From Eledone cirrhosa (lineage: Eukaryota), in assembly GCA_964016885.1 (NCBI GenBank), contig OZ024743.1, positions 10,106,001-10,170,000 of the forward strand: DNA of 64,000 bases. Reading direction: 5' to 3'. Each line of letters opens with the position of its first letter. The stretch's first letter is position 1. A program made the position numbers and the translations under genes. The notes below the pieces were generated by a model. The model searched no databases and had not been told where the DNA came from. It saw only the letters and a list, made by a program, of their open reading frames with translations. Below, piece by piece: positions 37,079-50,897 of this stretch.

Positions 37079-39587
37079 TATATATTTACACACACACATA
37101 CACACTTATATATATAAATTTATATATATGTGTGGGTGCTTGTACATGCACGTGCGCATGTGTATGAGTGTGTGTACAGAGTAAAATTTACATGCATAAA
37201 CATGAATTTTCATACTGTTAAATGCATATATTTACTCACTCATAGACAAACCCACACATAATCACATGTGTTTATATGAATTTGCATACACATTTACACA
37301 CATAAATAAGAAATATGTGCGCGGGGGGGGGGGGGGGGGAGTATGAATGATTAAAGACAGTTTGAAGCAGATAGAAGAGTTTAACGTCATAAAAGTATTT
37401 TTAAATGTTTTGTAATGTCCCTCTAGTTTCTTCTTTCCCCCACTTCTACTCTATTAGAAACTTCAGTCTTTCCCTAAAGCATTCTTCTTTACCTAAGGGC
37501 AGAACAGTAGATTGAACTCAAAATTTTCTTGTTCATGGATTATTCTGGGATAGATTTTGTTATCTATACTAAATTTTGTAATGACACATTGATAAATATC
37601 AAAGTTGCTTCAAGACAAACATTTTGCACATATATTTATGTGTATGTGTGTGTATGTGCACATGCATGAGTGTCTGTGCAAGTGTGTGTGTATGTGTGTG
37701 AATGTATTTGTGAGTGTATGTGTGATATTTACATGTGGTTTTGTGTGTCAGTAATGTGGACACCAGTGTAAAGTGAGGGCTTTAGAAGTGCTGCTTTTCA
37801 TTCAAGGTAACATAGAAATTCAATAAATACAGATCAATCTGGGTCAATATGATTAGCTAAAACCTTTGAAAATGTTGCTTCAGCATGACCATAGTCAATG
37901 ATAGACACTTTTATATGGAGACTTTGACATATTTCTATAATCTATGGTCTGGTGATCATTAAGAAAGCTAAATGTAAATGAATGGCTTGGAGAAATAATG
38001 AAAGCTATGCACTAGTTTTCTGTCTTCAATAAACTAATCAGCAGTTGAGTTAGATGTTCCAAATACATTGGCATCAGAGTAAGAATGGAGTTGAACAAAT
38101 TCAGGGAGCTATTACCTTTGCCTGCAACAAGTGAAGTGCAAATTGTTTGATGTTTGTGTATGAAGGTTGATTTTGCTTGGTAATAAAATATAAGCATTGA
38201 ATTCAGAGGGTGTGCAAAAGAAGAAACCCAGTGGTACAGACATGGGCTATACCTGATGGATGATAGCTGGATTAAAATAAAAGGGCTTAACAATGAACAA
38301 CAGAAGAGGAAGTCTAAATATGGCATAGGAAGATGAGGTGAAAAGTAATCTTTGAATGTCGAAGAATTGGTAAGATGGTGTGCTAAAATGATCCATCTGA
38401 TGATGATGGTGTATTTTCTTAGCCTTTGGGAGATTGTTTTCAGAGATGTTATATAAATATGCATACTACGTAATGTCATCAGAGGATGTATGGTAAAGTA
38501 TTTGTAAAATAAGAGTTTTGAAAGTATGTTTCTTTAATGTCATGGCATTCATGAAGGAGATAAGATTCTTGCACCCCCATTTGTGGATGTTTGCAAGTCC
38601 TTTATTCAATGCAGTATGATATTCGACTACATATGCAGTCTAATCATATACTTTTTAATTAAAAAAAATGTTGATTCCCATGCATTACACTATATAAAAG
38701 CACATGACTGGCATAGCTTTAAAAGGCTAAAGAAAAGAAATTATTTAGTTGTATAGTAATGATAGAAGTTGCAAAAACTTAAATAGTGCAAATTATATAG
38801 CTCAATGCTAATAGTTTAATAACATAATAATCCATAGAGAAATATCATTATATTCATATGAAACATAATCAATGTAAGTATTAATGACATCACTAAATTA
38901 ATCAATCATATCAAACTTAAATTAGGAGACAATCATAAAGAGCAGAATAATGCAAACTTGTTGAATGTAAATATTTTGTATCATTTTATAAGTAAGTGTA
39001 TGTGTAGATGTATTTTGTATTGGCAGATAATAAACTGAATTAATGGTTTGCAGAAAAGATTGGACAGCTTTTCTTGTTGGAGTCAGTGATAACATAAAAT
39101 ATTAGGTGTCAAAAGACTTGGAGACCTTTGTTAGGTTCAAATATTATACTTGTCAATATGAACCACTAAAATACAAAATGCATATATCAGACATATGACG
39201 TTGTGTGACAGTGAAACAGGAAAGGTGAGGTAGTATATAATCTCTGAATGTAAAGAAGTAAAAGTGTTCTTAATATCCATTCGACAGGGAAAATGAACTT
39301 TAAAAAGTTCTATCAGTTTTATATAAAAATTTCGGAAGAAAGGTTGCAGGATTCCAATAGGACTGACAAGGGAACATTTACAATTTGGTGCAAGGGACAA
39401 GAGTCACAAAATATGAGTTTTTCCCAAATCTTTACATGTTTATATCATGAGATAAATGAAATAATTATTTCATTTATCTGATGATTGGCTGAATGCAGAC
39501 ATAACAAGAGTGAGTGAATACGGAAAAATTACTTCTATCCAGATCTCATAGATGATTGCATGACAGAAATGAATCATGTGTTAGGTA

Positions 39588-40018
39588 TCATCATCATAAT
39601 TATCATTTAACGTCCATTTTCCATGCTAGCACGGGTAGGAAAGGCTGTCCCTTTGTGAGAGATCAGGTCAGAGGACCATGTTTTGCTCACACAGAACTGA
39701 TTTTGGCTTGGTTTCTCTAGCTGGATTACTTTCCAAAAATCAATCACATTTACAGTGTGTACTGGGGGCTTTATATCATGACACCTACATGACCACTTTA
39801 CAGCGTGGACTGGGCACTTTTTGTTGTGTTGCCAACAAGACTACTTTATAGAGTGGACCATGCGCTTTTTGCCATGACTCCTACATGACCAGTTTACAGT
39901 GTGGGCTGGGCACTTTTTGTTGTGACACCAACACGACCACTTTACTATGTGGACTGAGTGCTTTTTGTTGTGACACCTACACAACCACTTTATAGTGTGG
40001 CATGGGCACTTTTGTCGT
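39588..40018 (-). mobile_element. RTE 3'-UTR fragment with about 5-6 diverged 48-bp units
   Basis: Repeated ACCACTTTACAGTGTGG..TGGG..CTTTTTGTTGTG on the + strand; (ATC)n tail at left. Confidence 0.8.
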
Positions 40019-40249
40019 AATATAATGTAAAATATTTTTCTTCAAATCTCTCTTTGCTTCTCACCTAGTTTTTCATAATAGTCTATTTATACTAACTTAC
40101 TTTGTGAATTCTTGGAACCTTGTACCATAATCAAAGATTTAACATCTGGATAATTATATTAAATCAACCATGATGAGAACAACAATCTGGTAGGCTGTTA
40201 ATTTCCCCTTTTGTTTGCATATTCAATCTACACAAATATGAATTAACCA

Positions 40250-41222
40250 ATACTCTTTTACTCTTTTACCTGTTCCAGCCATCTGGCTGAGGCCATACTG
40301 GGGCACCATCCTTGTTGCTACACATTTTATCTCCAGCCTGTATTAGTTGGCCACTGGTGCAAGAGGGAGTTTGTTACTGCTGCCCTTAGGTTTCCCTCAT
40401 GCCTTGCTGTGGGCTCATCCGGGATCCTGGATAGTAGGGTGTCGAGATGTTTCTTGAAAACGTCCATGTCCACACCATGCAGATCTCTCAGATCCCTCAG
40501 CAGCTTGTTGGAGAGTTGAGGGCACTTGAACCCCAGGCTATTGCAATATCTGCTCCTTATTCTAGATGTGGAAGACGGGACCTTTGGCACCACACAGTGA
40601 TGTCCTGTTTGGAGGTTGGTCCAGCTCCCAATGCCAAAGTTTGGTGCTAGTCCCTCCAGGATTTTCCATATGTATATCACTGCGCATCTCTCCCGTCTTC
40701 GTTCCAAGGAGTAGAGGTTCAGTTCTTTTAGCCTCTGCCAGTAGCTTGTCTCCTTCATCATTGCAATCCCCTTGGTGTAGCTTCGCTGGATTGCCTCAAG
40801 CTCCGTCGTTAGTTTGACACTATGGGGTGACCACAGCTGGGAGCAATAGTCCAGGCGGCTTAGGACAAATGTCCTCCATAGTTTCAACATGGTGTCTTGG
40901 TCTCTTGCCCGGAAATTCCTCAAGATCCAGCCAGCGAGTCGTCTGCACATTGTCACCACTTTCATGATGTGTGAGGAAAAAGATGCATCATCGCTCATGT
41001 CTATACCCAGGTCTCGTATCGATTTCGACACAGGAATTTCGGTCCCTCTTGGTCCAGTGTAACTGTGTTGTACTGTATTTGAGTTTGCAGGTTTGTATTG
41101 TAGGGCTTGAAATTTGCCAGCATTAAACTGCATGTTGTTGTCTTCTGCCCATTTGTATATGGCATCCAGATCTTGTTGTAAAAGGGCAGCATCAGGTGGG
41201 TTTTTGATTGCCTGTGCTACCT
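40250..41222 (-). mobile_element. 5'-truncated CR1/L2-group LINE (RT C-terminus and 3' UTR)
   Basis: ORF 40327-41133: MQFNAGKF, RDLGI, SRLDYCSQLWSP, LERRRER, LSRIPDEP; tail (GTAAAAGA)n. Confidence 0.88.
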
Positions 41223-41287
41223 ATAATATAAAGAGAAACCTCTTTATCATCTCACACAGACACACACACAGACATATATATATATAT

Positions 41288-41892
41288 ATCATCATCATCA
41301 TCATCATCATCATTTTATGTCCGCTTTTCCCTGCTTGCAAGGGTGGGACGGGTCTTATTCAGCACAGCATCTCTCCACTCGTCACGGTCCTTCGTCATCT
41401 CCCCCATGAGCTTCAGTGATCTGTTATCTGTTCTCACCAACTCCGCCCATGTTTTTCGTGGTCTACCTCTACCACATATTCCTTCAACTGGCATTTACTG
41501 GCACTTCTTCACCCATCGGTCATCCTCCATACCACATGTCCATACCACCTCAGTCTCCTCTCCCATACACTACATTCTATCCCTCTCAGACACAGTTTCT
41601 CTCTCAACACATTTATGCTGGGTCGTTCACGCACATTTACACTGCACATCCAACGGAGCATGCTTACCTCATTTCTCTCCAGCCGTCGCATATCCTCTGC
41701 AGTTGCTGCCCATGTCTCACTACCATGCAGCATCACGCTCCTCACACAGGCATCATACAACCGGCCTTTCGTACGCAGGGAGAAACCCTTCTTCGTCAAC
41801 AGAGGAAGCAGCTCCCTAAACTTCTTCCAACCCGTCCTTATTCTAGATACTATGGCCTCGGAACACCCTCCTCCCATGCTAATCAGATCTCC
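41288..41892 (-). mobile_element. RTE 3' fragment, same subfamily as 11150-13103
   Basis: [32 protein letters not shown]...MLHGSETW; (GAT)n tail; 5' end abuts (TA)n. Confidence 0.92.
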
Positions 41893-41898
41893 TATATA

Positions 41899-41970
<72 letters not shown>

Positions 41971-41985
41971 CATATATATACATAC

Positions 41986-42016
<31 letters not shown>

Positions 42017-42464
42017 TAGTAATAATAAATGTGAAGACTAAAATCCAAAGAGGGCTCGATAAGGATTATATATATGTATAAAATATATATAAACCCGTAG
42101 AACAAATATTTATCATAAGAAGATCCTGTTAAGGTTGAAAGCAGCGATTCTTTGCTTAAACTTTAACCTTTTTTTATAATAAATATATATATATATATAT
42201 ATGCACACACAGACTCCCCTTTGGTCATGAATGACCATGGCATTTGCACATAGAAAGTTCCCTTCTGAGGCTCAACAAAAGCCCCAGTCTGAGAATTGAA
42301 CTCACAACCTCACGATTCTAAGCCTGATACTCTAACCACTAAGCTATGCACCTTCACATATACATACATACATACATACATACATACATACATACATACA
42401 CACATACATACATATATACATATATACATGCATACACACACATATATAGCGAAATCCTATTTCT

Positions 42465-42546
<82 letters not shown>

Positions 42547-43107
42547 TGGTTCCACATAGTCTCTGTCAACCAAATTCCATTTACAATGTATTGGTCAGTT
42601 CGAGAGACTATGATAAATACTATTTGCTCAAGGAGATGCAGAACTAGATTGAAGTCATAACCATGGGGTTGTGAAATAAACTTGTTAACCATGTACCAAT
42701 ATTAAGAGAACATAAAAAAAAACATGATTTGAAGATGTTTCATATATCTTACCTCTTTTTCTTTTGTACATTTTGTATAAGAGAAAATCTAATAAAGATT
42801 TATACAGAACACAGATTCATATAGCATTGTCTTTTTGAATAGTAACCCAATACTGATGTGTATTAATTCCTGGTTGAATTGCTGATTCTAAAGTATATTT
42901 TTTATTGTTACTTATAACAATACTGCAGATTTTCTTAAGAATTAATATATAGAAGCAGCCCTAGATGTGTGACTAAAGAGTTTGCTTCACAACCTGAGGG
43001 TCTTAGATTTAGTGCCACTAAATGATACCTGGGCTAAGTGTCTTCTTCTTCAATGCCATAGGAGTGAAATTTTGTTGAAAGAAACTGCAGAAATCATGCA
43101 TACATAT

Positions 43108-43292
43108 AAAAGCACCCAGTACTCACTGTAAATGATGTTGGTGTTAGGAAGGGCATCCAGCTGTAGAAATCAAGCCAAAATCAGTTCTGTATGAACAAGA
43201 CATGTTTACCTGACCTGGCTTGTCTCACAACAGGATAACTCGTCGAACCCATACTAGTGTGGAAGAATGGACATAAAACGGTGATGATGATG
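43108..43292 (+). mobile_element. RTE/SINE 3' tail fragment
   Basis: AAAAGCACCCAGTACTCACTGTAAATG..GGTGTTAGGAAGGGCATCCAGCTGTAG..(GAT)n. Confidence 0.75.
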
Positions 43293-43544
43293 ACAATATA
43301 TATATCAAGCAGGGCCTTTGACCTCCAGGTAGGTCAAGGACCCAACATAAAATCCTGCAACCTTCTGAATGCATTTTATCATGGCACCAACCCTAGGGAA
43401 ATTGTCATGTCTTTGGCATAACTGAAGAATTTTCCCATTCATTTTCTTTGGCATTTTGTTCATGGCTGGATTTAAACAATATGAAAAGTAGACCATATGG
43501 CATTTGTGTGCAAACTGGAATGTTACATAGCATCCAGATCTGGG

Positions 43545-43885
43545 CCTTGACTGCAGAAGACATGAGAAAGAAAGAAATGAAGTGAGCACGCTCAGACAGA
43601 TGACTAATGTTAGTATGCATGAATGACATAGCATTAGGGAGCTGAGAGAAAAAAATGTGTCATGAGCAAGAATGATGACTGCTTTGATATGGACATGTAA
43701 TTCGTATAGAAGATGAGAGTTGTATAATGATATGCAGAGAAATCTCAGTGAATGGAACTTATTGAAAAAGAAAAGCAGGAAGACTTGGGATGAGGTAGTG
43801 CAAACTGACTTTCAGAAGCTGAACCTCAAACAGATAAAAAAGGATCATGAGGACTGGTGATATGATGTATTAATGAAAAGCTATC
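43545..43885 (+). mobile_element. Decayed RTE C-terminal fragment
   Basis: W ALTAEDMR, YGHV and RKTWDEVV remnants. Confidence 0.55.
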
Positions 43886-46800
43886 TACCAACCTAAAACC
43901 TGGCTTGACCCATCCTAATATCGACACCCCACCCACTATCAACCCTTACCATCTATTTTCACTATTAAAGCCACAATCCTACCCTTATAGTAGCTACTCA
44001 CAGCATCATTGTACATGCTCAATCCTACTCTATCCATGGTTACTTCTACCCCTATTAAATCTTAACACCCACACTCTTCCCAGAGTCACCATGCACTCAT
44101 TCTCCCACTCTAGACACCCCAAAACTTTGAAACACCAGTCATAGCCACCTAGTATCTGTTACCACCTCAGTACCTCCAGCACTGTCCAGTGTCTCTCCAT
44201 CCGATCCACCATCCATCATCATTTGGCAATACCTCAGCTCTGTCTGGGGAGTATTTCAGTTGTCAATGATGGTAACTTCTCTAGTGATAGTGCCATGATA
44301 AATACACCCAATACACCCAGTAAGGTGGTTGGCAATATGAAAGAAACTACACTGTATAAATCATGCCAAAAGGGTCAAAAGAATTCTTAGTTCTGTTAGA
44401 AGCATAACAACTCCTCTAGAGTTGGTGAACTACATGATAAATAGATCTCATATACTCTGTAAAATGTTTGGTAATGGGAAGGGTATCTAGCTGTAGAAAA
44501 TCTGCAAAATATAGGATCGAATGGACTCTTTAGCTATGTAATGGTCATGACAGGACCCTGGACTACTCAAGCACTCAATAGAATCTGGGAATGTAAATAA
44601 GCAAGATGCAGGCTCTAACCCACCTTAAAGGTTAGTAGCTTCACTTGCATACTAACTTGGTTATTGATGACCCATCTAACCCTTACTAGCAGGCTAAATG
44701 GATATTGAGTGATGATGATAGAAGGTGTGCATCTGTGTTTGCATTTCTGTGTGTCTCTGTGTTTATGTCCCATAGCTTAGTATTTTGATGAAAAGAGATC
44801 AATAAAATAAGTATCAGACTTGAAAAATTAAATACTTGGAGGTGATATGATCGATTAAATCACTTTATGGTGGTACTCCAGTATGGCCGAAGCCTAATGA
44901 CTGTAATCAGTAAAAGAATAAAAGAATCCTAGATCACAAAAAAACCAAGAGTGAAAGGATTAAAAGAAATTTCAAAACAAACATTTTCCAACTCTTGCTA
45001 GCAGGGAAAACATGTTAAACAATGATGACAATGGTGCTGATGATGAATTAAATTCAATCATACAATATCTGTTCTAGCTTTTACTTCAGATTTATAAAAA
45101 TGTCTACCTATTCAACAGATGTATACATTAAAAATAAAAATATCTAAACAATAACTAAAATAACTCACTAGTTTGTAATTATGTAAATGCATTATAGCAA
45201 AATACAAATTAAGCAAAACCTATTTTTTATGATTTAATATCATTAATATATTGTTTGATTTGAATAAAGTGCAAATATGGCCTTCAGACATAGATATATA
45301 TTAGATTTCTTTTGTAAATTATAGTATTAAGCAATGTGTAATATCCATAAGTTTTTCTGTGTCGATGTGTATGCATTTTAGTAAAGTGCAATTGTATGAT
45401 GTGTGAATATGAGAAGTAGTCTCCAAAATGTCTGAGAAATATCAAAATTCAACATTTTCTAATATATATTATTAAGCATCCCTATAGAAAGCCTGACTAA
45501 GTAAATACTAATAGATCAACCAAAGATCTACAAATTTGAAGAAAAAAAGAGAAACTAGAAACTAGTAGCTGCTATTTGTTTCAGAAGATGCTTGCATGAA
45601 TGAGAAGAAAATTAATTCTACTTGCAGTGTAAGTCTCTTATTCAAATAATAAGCTGTTGGTAAACAAAGGTTTTTGTGCCAGCAAAGTGTGTTCTACATA
45701 CTAATTTAATCTCAAATAGAGTAGATACAACATGACTTTAACAAGATGTAATTACTTAACTTCTGTCAATATCTTATAGTTTCTCAATCTGACTTGTAGG
45801 GAAGACTCTGATGCAAATTTATCTGACTTTGCAAGGTCACTTTATGAAAAACAATTATCATTTCTCTTAATCATAAGACCAGGGTAGATCTCTAATTAGA
45901 AAGTATCTTTTCTTGGTTTTAGTTGGGAGACATGAAATGGATTTATTGAAGGCGAAATAAAAACAAATACAAACAAAAAGATGAAATGAAGCAAGTAAGA
46001 AGCTTCAGGAAATGCTATGTGAAGAATTATAGTTTAGAATTCTTTGAATCTGTATTACTTCCAAACTGAAGTTAACTGAAATAATCATTTCTCATCAATT
46101 TGGCATTCATGAGATTGGATTAAAAAGAATCAAAATTATCTTATGAAATGTTAACCATTAATTATCATTATTTTTATTTGATGACAGTAGCAAGAATTTA
46201 AATCACTATTTAGCAAAAGCAAAAAAATACGAGAAGGCCAACAAATGGTTTCATGCTAGCAGCAATCAGTAATTTCATAGTTTTTTGTTAGTTTTTTCTC
46301 CTGACCTAAAACTAAATAGTTAAATATCAAAAGTAGACAGTTCTCAGGGTATAATATAATTAAACTAACTCAAAAGAATTATTTGAATAACACTATTTTT
46401 GCATCAAAAAGTAAATAAAATAATTTTATTGAAGTTCTACTCAGAAGGAATCACACTACATCAGTGTAAGATGGCCACATTATAATCACAACTGATATTA
46501 GACAGTAAAAGGAATTGCAGCTGGTCCATGGTTAACAAGGTGTCACCCAAGTAAATGAAGAATCAATGGTTTATATCTTGAAAAAATTCACTGCCTATCA
46601 TTGGCTCATTTTAAACAATTTGTATGTGTATTGTTGGTATCATATCAGGATACTGCTTACAACATGAACCAGTTGAACTGATTTGCAATTGAGGTGGCTA
46701 AAAGGAAACTTTTATTTGGACAAACCATTACAGTATCACAGAAAACAATACTAGGTAACACAAGCAAACATAAGTGTTTTTTTTCTCAACTGGAGCAAAT

Positions 46801-47369
46801 TACTTATTACATTCAAAACAGCAAACTAACACAGCTACATTAACAAATTATATAAAACAAAGTCATCCTTAACATCATTATCATTATCATCATTTATTTT
46901 TTAGTGAAATAAAGCAAATTAACCGAAATGTTACAGCATCAGACAAAGGTTCTAAATTCAAATCTTCATGAAATCTAGTCCAATTTTTCTTTGAAACCAA
47001 TAAAATATGTACTGGTAATAAATAGTCTGAAATGAATTTATGTGTATTATACTCCATCTTTACAAAATTTAGCTTCATGACTCTGCAAGAAGTCTATATT
47101 AATTAAATGCAGAATTCTTATGTAGTAATATTATTCTTTTACAGATTTCAGCTATTATACTGTAGTCATGTTGGAGAACTGCTTTCAAGAGTTTCATTGA
47201 TCATACTGACTCCACTGCTTTTTTGTTATTTTTTCTAATTGGTACTTATTTCATCAGTATCTAGTTTGGAAATTTATAAGTTAACAAGGCATAAACAAAC
47301 AGCACCGGGATTTATGTGATGTAGATGTAAACATAGACAGTGATAGACAAGCACACACACATATCTAAA

Positions 47370-48006
47370 TGAAGGTATGTGGCTGAACGGCAAAGCATAA
47401 ATGAATTGAGAGAGAGACTAAACATAAGAGGAATCAAATGCTGTGTGCAGAAGAGGAGATTACATTGGTATGGACATGTGATGCGTATGAAGGATGACAG
47501 CTGCAAAAGAGTGCAGAGCACTGAAAGTCGATGGAAGCCTTGGAGTGGGGAGACACAATAAGACCTGGGATGAGGTGATAAAAGCTGATCTTGCCCAATT
47601 GCACCTCTCAAAGACGATAACACAGGAACAAGGCCTCTGGCATTACGCAATAATACAGAAGACCCAAATTCCCACAGGTATAAGCCGAAGCTGAAGCATA
47701 TAGACAGTATGCCCCCAGTCACCCTACCACTCTAAAGTGGTTGTGTAGGTGTCACAACAAAAAAGCACCCAGTCCACACTGTAAAGTGGTCATGTAGGCG
47801 CCACGGTAAAAAGCACCCAGTACTCACTGTAAATGAAGTTGGTGTTAGGAAGGACAAAAATCAGGTAAAAAATCAGGTAAAAAATCAGGTCAAAATCAGT
47901 TCTGTATGAGCAAGATATGGTCACCTGACCTGGCATTGCCCACAATAGGACAGCCCATCTAACCCATGCTGGTGTGGAAGAATGGACGTAAGACGGTGAT
48001 GATGAT
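47370..48006 (+). mobile_element. RTE 3' fragment (long 3'-UTR subfamily)
   Basis: ERQSINELRERLNIRGIKCCVQKRRLHWYGHVMRM; 3' UTR with 48-bp units and (GAT)n. Confidence 0.88.
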
Positions 48007-48502
48007 ATAAAGATGTACATATATACATATATATATATATATTGGAGCTAGAAATAGTTGGTGACAGTTTTGTATCATAAAGCCAGGGATAGTTTCAGGG
48101 GGTGTGGTATCAAATGGGTTAATATAGAAATCTCTGTCAACGAAATTTCACATAAAATGCTTTGGTTGATGCTATAAGAAAATGTTTATTTGTAAAAGAT
48201 GGTATCTTAGCAGAAATTGGTAGTGATAGTCTGCTTTACAGCATTTACTTTTGTAATCTTATATTTTGAGTTCAAATTTAACTAGAAGTTAAATTTGTCT
48301 TTTCAAGCATGTGAGATAGTACCAATTAAGTACCAGTAATAAAATCATGAGCCATTAAACTGCCAATACATCAAACTCAACAAAAATTGGTTATGACAAA
48401 AGAAACCAATATTTATATATCGGTAATTGGCTTATAAACTGAAAATAAAAATACTATGTGTAAAAATTAATTTATATCTATTTTCTTTTTTTTTCTTTTT
48501 TT

Positions 48503-48534
<32 letters not shown>

Positions 48535-49921
48535 TTTCTTTCTTTTTTGTTTTAGATTTTTGATTTGCCTTTATGTTGATGATTCGGGTAACATCCCACT
48601 CCATCCCATTATATAAGAATAAAACCGTTACTGAAATGAAGCTAAAAGAGCTGAATGCAAAGTAAGATAGTAAGAGACAGACATTATATTAATGTAGTTT
48701 TGATTGCTTTAATAACACTTAAGTATCGAAGCTGTCTGGAATTATGTGGCAATGACCAAATTTGGGATAATACCAGGAATTTTCAACTTCCTGAGAATAT
48801 CAAATTATATTTGAAGCTAGAAGTCCCCCTCAAATTTGACACCAAAGGTTTTAATTAAAATGTACCAAGCAAGATATGAATAATATTAAGTTGAAATATA
48901 AATTGAAATGGCAGAAAATCTAAAAATCATTCGCACTCAGATAATTGCTGTCTTCACTATGAGTGATGGTAGAAAGCTAGTGTTCAAAGATTAATATAGA
49001 AGCAGCAGAGAAATTGATGCAATTATCTGCAATAATGATTTGATCCTTTTATGCTCTTAGTAAATGTGATAAAATTGCCTCTTCCTCAGATACAGCTGAA
49101 AACAACTCCACTGAATTAAGATGCTTGCTTTTCTTCCAACATTTATCCCTAATCTCAAATTGTCCATTATTTTTCAATTACGTTCTTTCAATGCCTCAAT
49201 TTTTAAGAATCTCTATAATTTTAGTATTCAAATGCAAAATATATTATTTCTATTCGGTGCATTTATTTCAAATTACACTTACAAACACACATTCATACAT
49301 ACACATACAAATACATATCTAAATGTATATACATATGTGTATGAGAGCATAACTAATATGTATATATATACATATTAGTTATGCCTTTGAAAATGAACAC
49401 TTGATAGAATTGTAGAGGAGGCATCATGACATATGGCATACCTTGGCCATTATAACCCTACTGGAGCTCATTCCTTGACATATCTGAACACAGCTAATTT
49501 CTTCCGGGGAGGTGGTGAGTTAGAAAGAGAGGAAGGGCAAATTAGAACAGATGAAAGACAGAGAGAATTTAGAGAAGATGAGAGGCTGAGAAGGAGAAAG
49601 GTAGAGACAGAAATGAAAGGAGAGAGAGAGAGAGAGGGGGGGGGAGAGAGAGAGAGAGAGAAAGAAAAAGAGAGAAAGACAGATATATTGTGAGCAAAGA
49701 AATATTGACCTTCAGTATAGGACCAAAACTTTATTTATTGTAACAGATAGCTGGAATGAATATTGCAAGGAATTTTATCCAATGTGCTAATAAGTAGGAA
49801 AGAGTCATTGTTAGATATATCAGAAAGGGTGGGCAGAAATTGTATAAAGTGCACAAAGTGTATTCTATGGATGCACAAAAGATATAATGGGATGGCAGGC
49901 AGATTATCAGAAAATATGGAC

Positions 49922-50208
49922 TATTCTTTTTCTCTCACTTGGATCATATATTTTTGTGCATGATATTTGTGAGGTTCCTAGCAATAATTAATCGTATTTA
50001 TTAAGTGTGTTTATAATTGTTTACATTTTCATTCTGTAAAAAAATTATAAACAATTCGTAATATTATTTATACAACTGTGAATTATTACAAGTTGTTTAT
50101 AATTCTCATAGAATGAAAATATACACACAAGTAATATACACACCACTTAATTGCTTAATTACGTAAATATTTCACATAAAAATATATAATCAAAACGAAA
50201 GTGAATAC
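49922..50208. mobile_element. Old palindromic MITE / fold-back
   Basis: ATTTTCATTCT..AATTATAAACAA..GTAATA is mirrored by TATTAC..TTGTTTATAATT..AGAATGAAAAT; outer GATCATATATTTTT and AAAAATATATAATC. Confidence 0.6.
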
Positions 50209-50458
50209 TATGTGTGTCAATTGGTCACTGACCACAAGGAGTGCCAGAGTCTTCCTCTAATACTTTTTGAGGCAGCATTACCGTAGGTGATAAGGTGAAG
50301 ACGGAACAACCAAACACACTCACAGGCATCACTTGAACCTTGGTAACGCAAATTAATGACAATGACAATGGCAAGAACATGTTAGTGCCACCCAGATTGT
50401 AAAAATTCTTGAATTCAAGATGCAGCCATCATACATGTTTATATACACATTTATATAT

Positions 50459-50803
50459 GGAGGCACATGGCTTAGTGGTTAGAGCATTGGCCTTGCAATC
50501 GAAAGGTTGTGAGTTCAATTCTCAGACCAGGTGATGTGTTGTTTCCTTGAGCAAGACACTTTATTTCACATTGCTCCTGTTTACTCAGCTGTAGAAATGA
50601 GATGATAGGGACTGGGGTCCATATCATTCCACTGCAAAGTGGTCGTGGAGGTGCCACAGCAAAAAAGCACCCAGCACTCACTGTAAATGAGGTTGGTGTT
50701 AGGAAGGGCATCCAGCTGTAGAAATCAAGCCAGAATCAGTTCCTGTCCCACCCTTGCAAGCAGGGAAAAGCGGACATAAAATGAAATGATGATGATGATG
50801 ATG
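50459..50803 (+). mobile_element. Full-length tRNA-derived SINE family A with RTE tail
   Basis: A-box TGGCTTAGTGG, B-box GAGTTCAATTC, central CCTTGAGCAAGACACTTTA, one 48-bp unit, RTE tail and (GAT)n. Confidence 0.93.
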
Positions 50804-50858
50804 TTTCTATATATTCACATTCACATCATAGAAAATGAACATTAAATGATGATGATGC

Positions 50859-50897
<39 letters not shown>

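Noticed and set aside
41416-42692. Long ORFs rich in IY/YI/MYVC
   Set aside because: Translations of (TA)n and (TACA)n microsatellites, partly fused to an RTE fragment
50459-50530. tRNA gene
   Set aside because: A and B boxes are present, but the sequence continues into a SINE body repeated three times in the window; no proper acceptor stem or terminator
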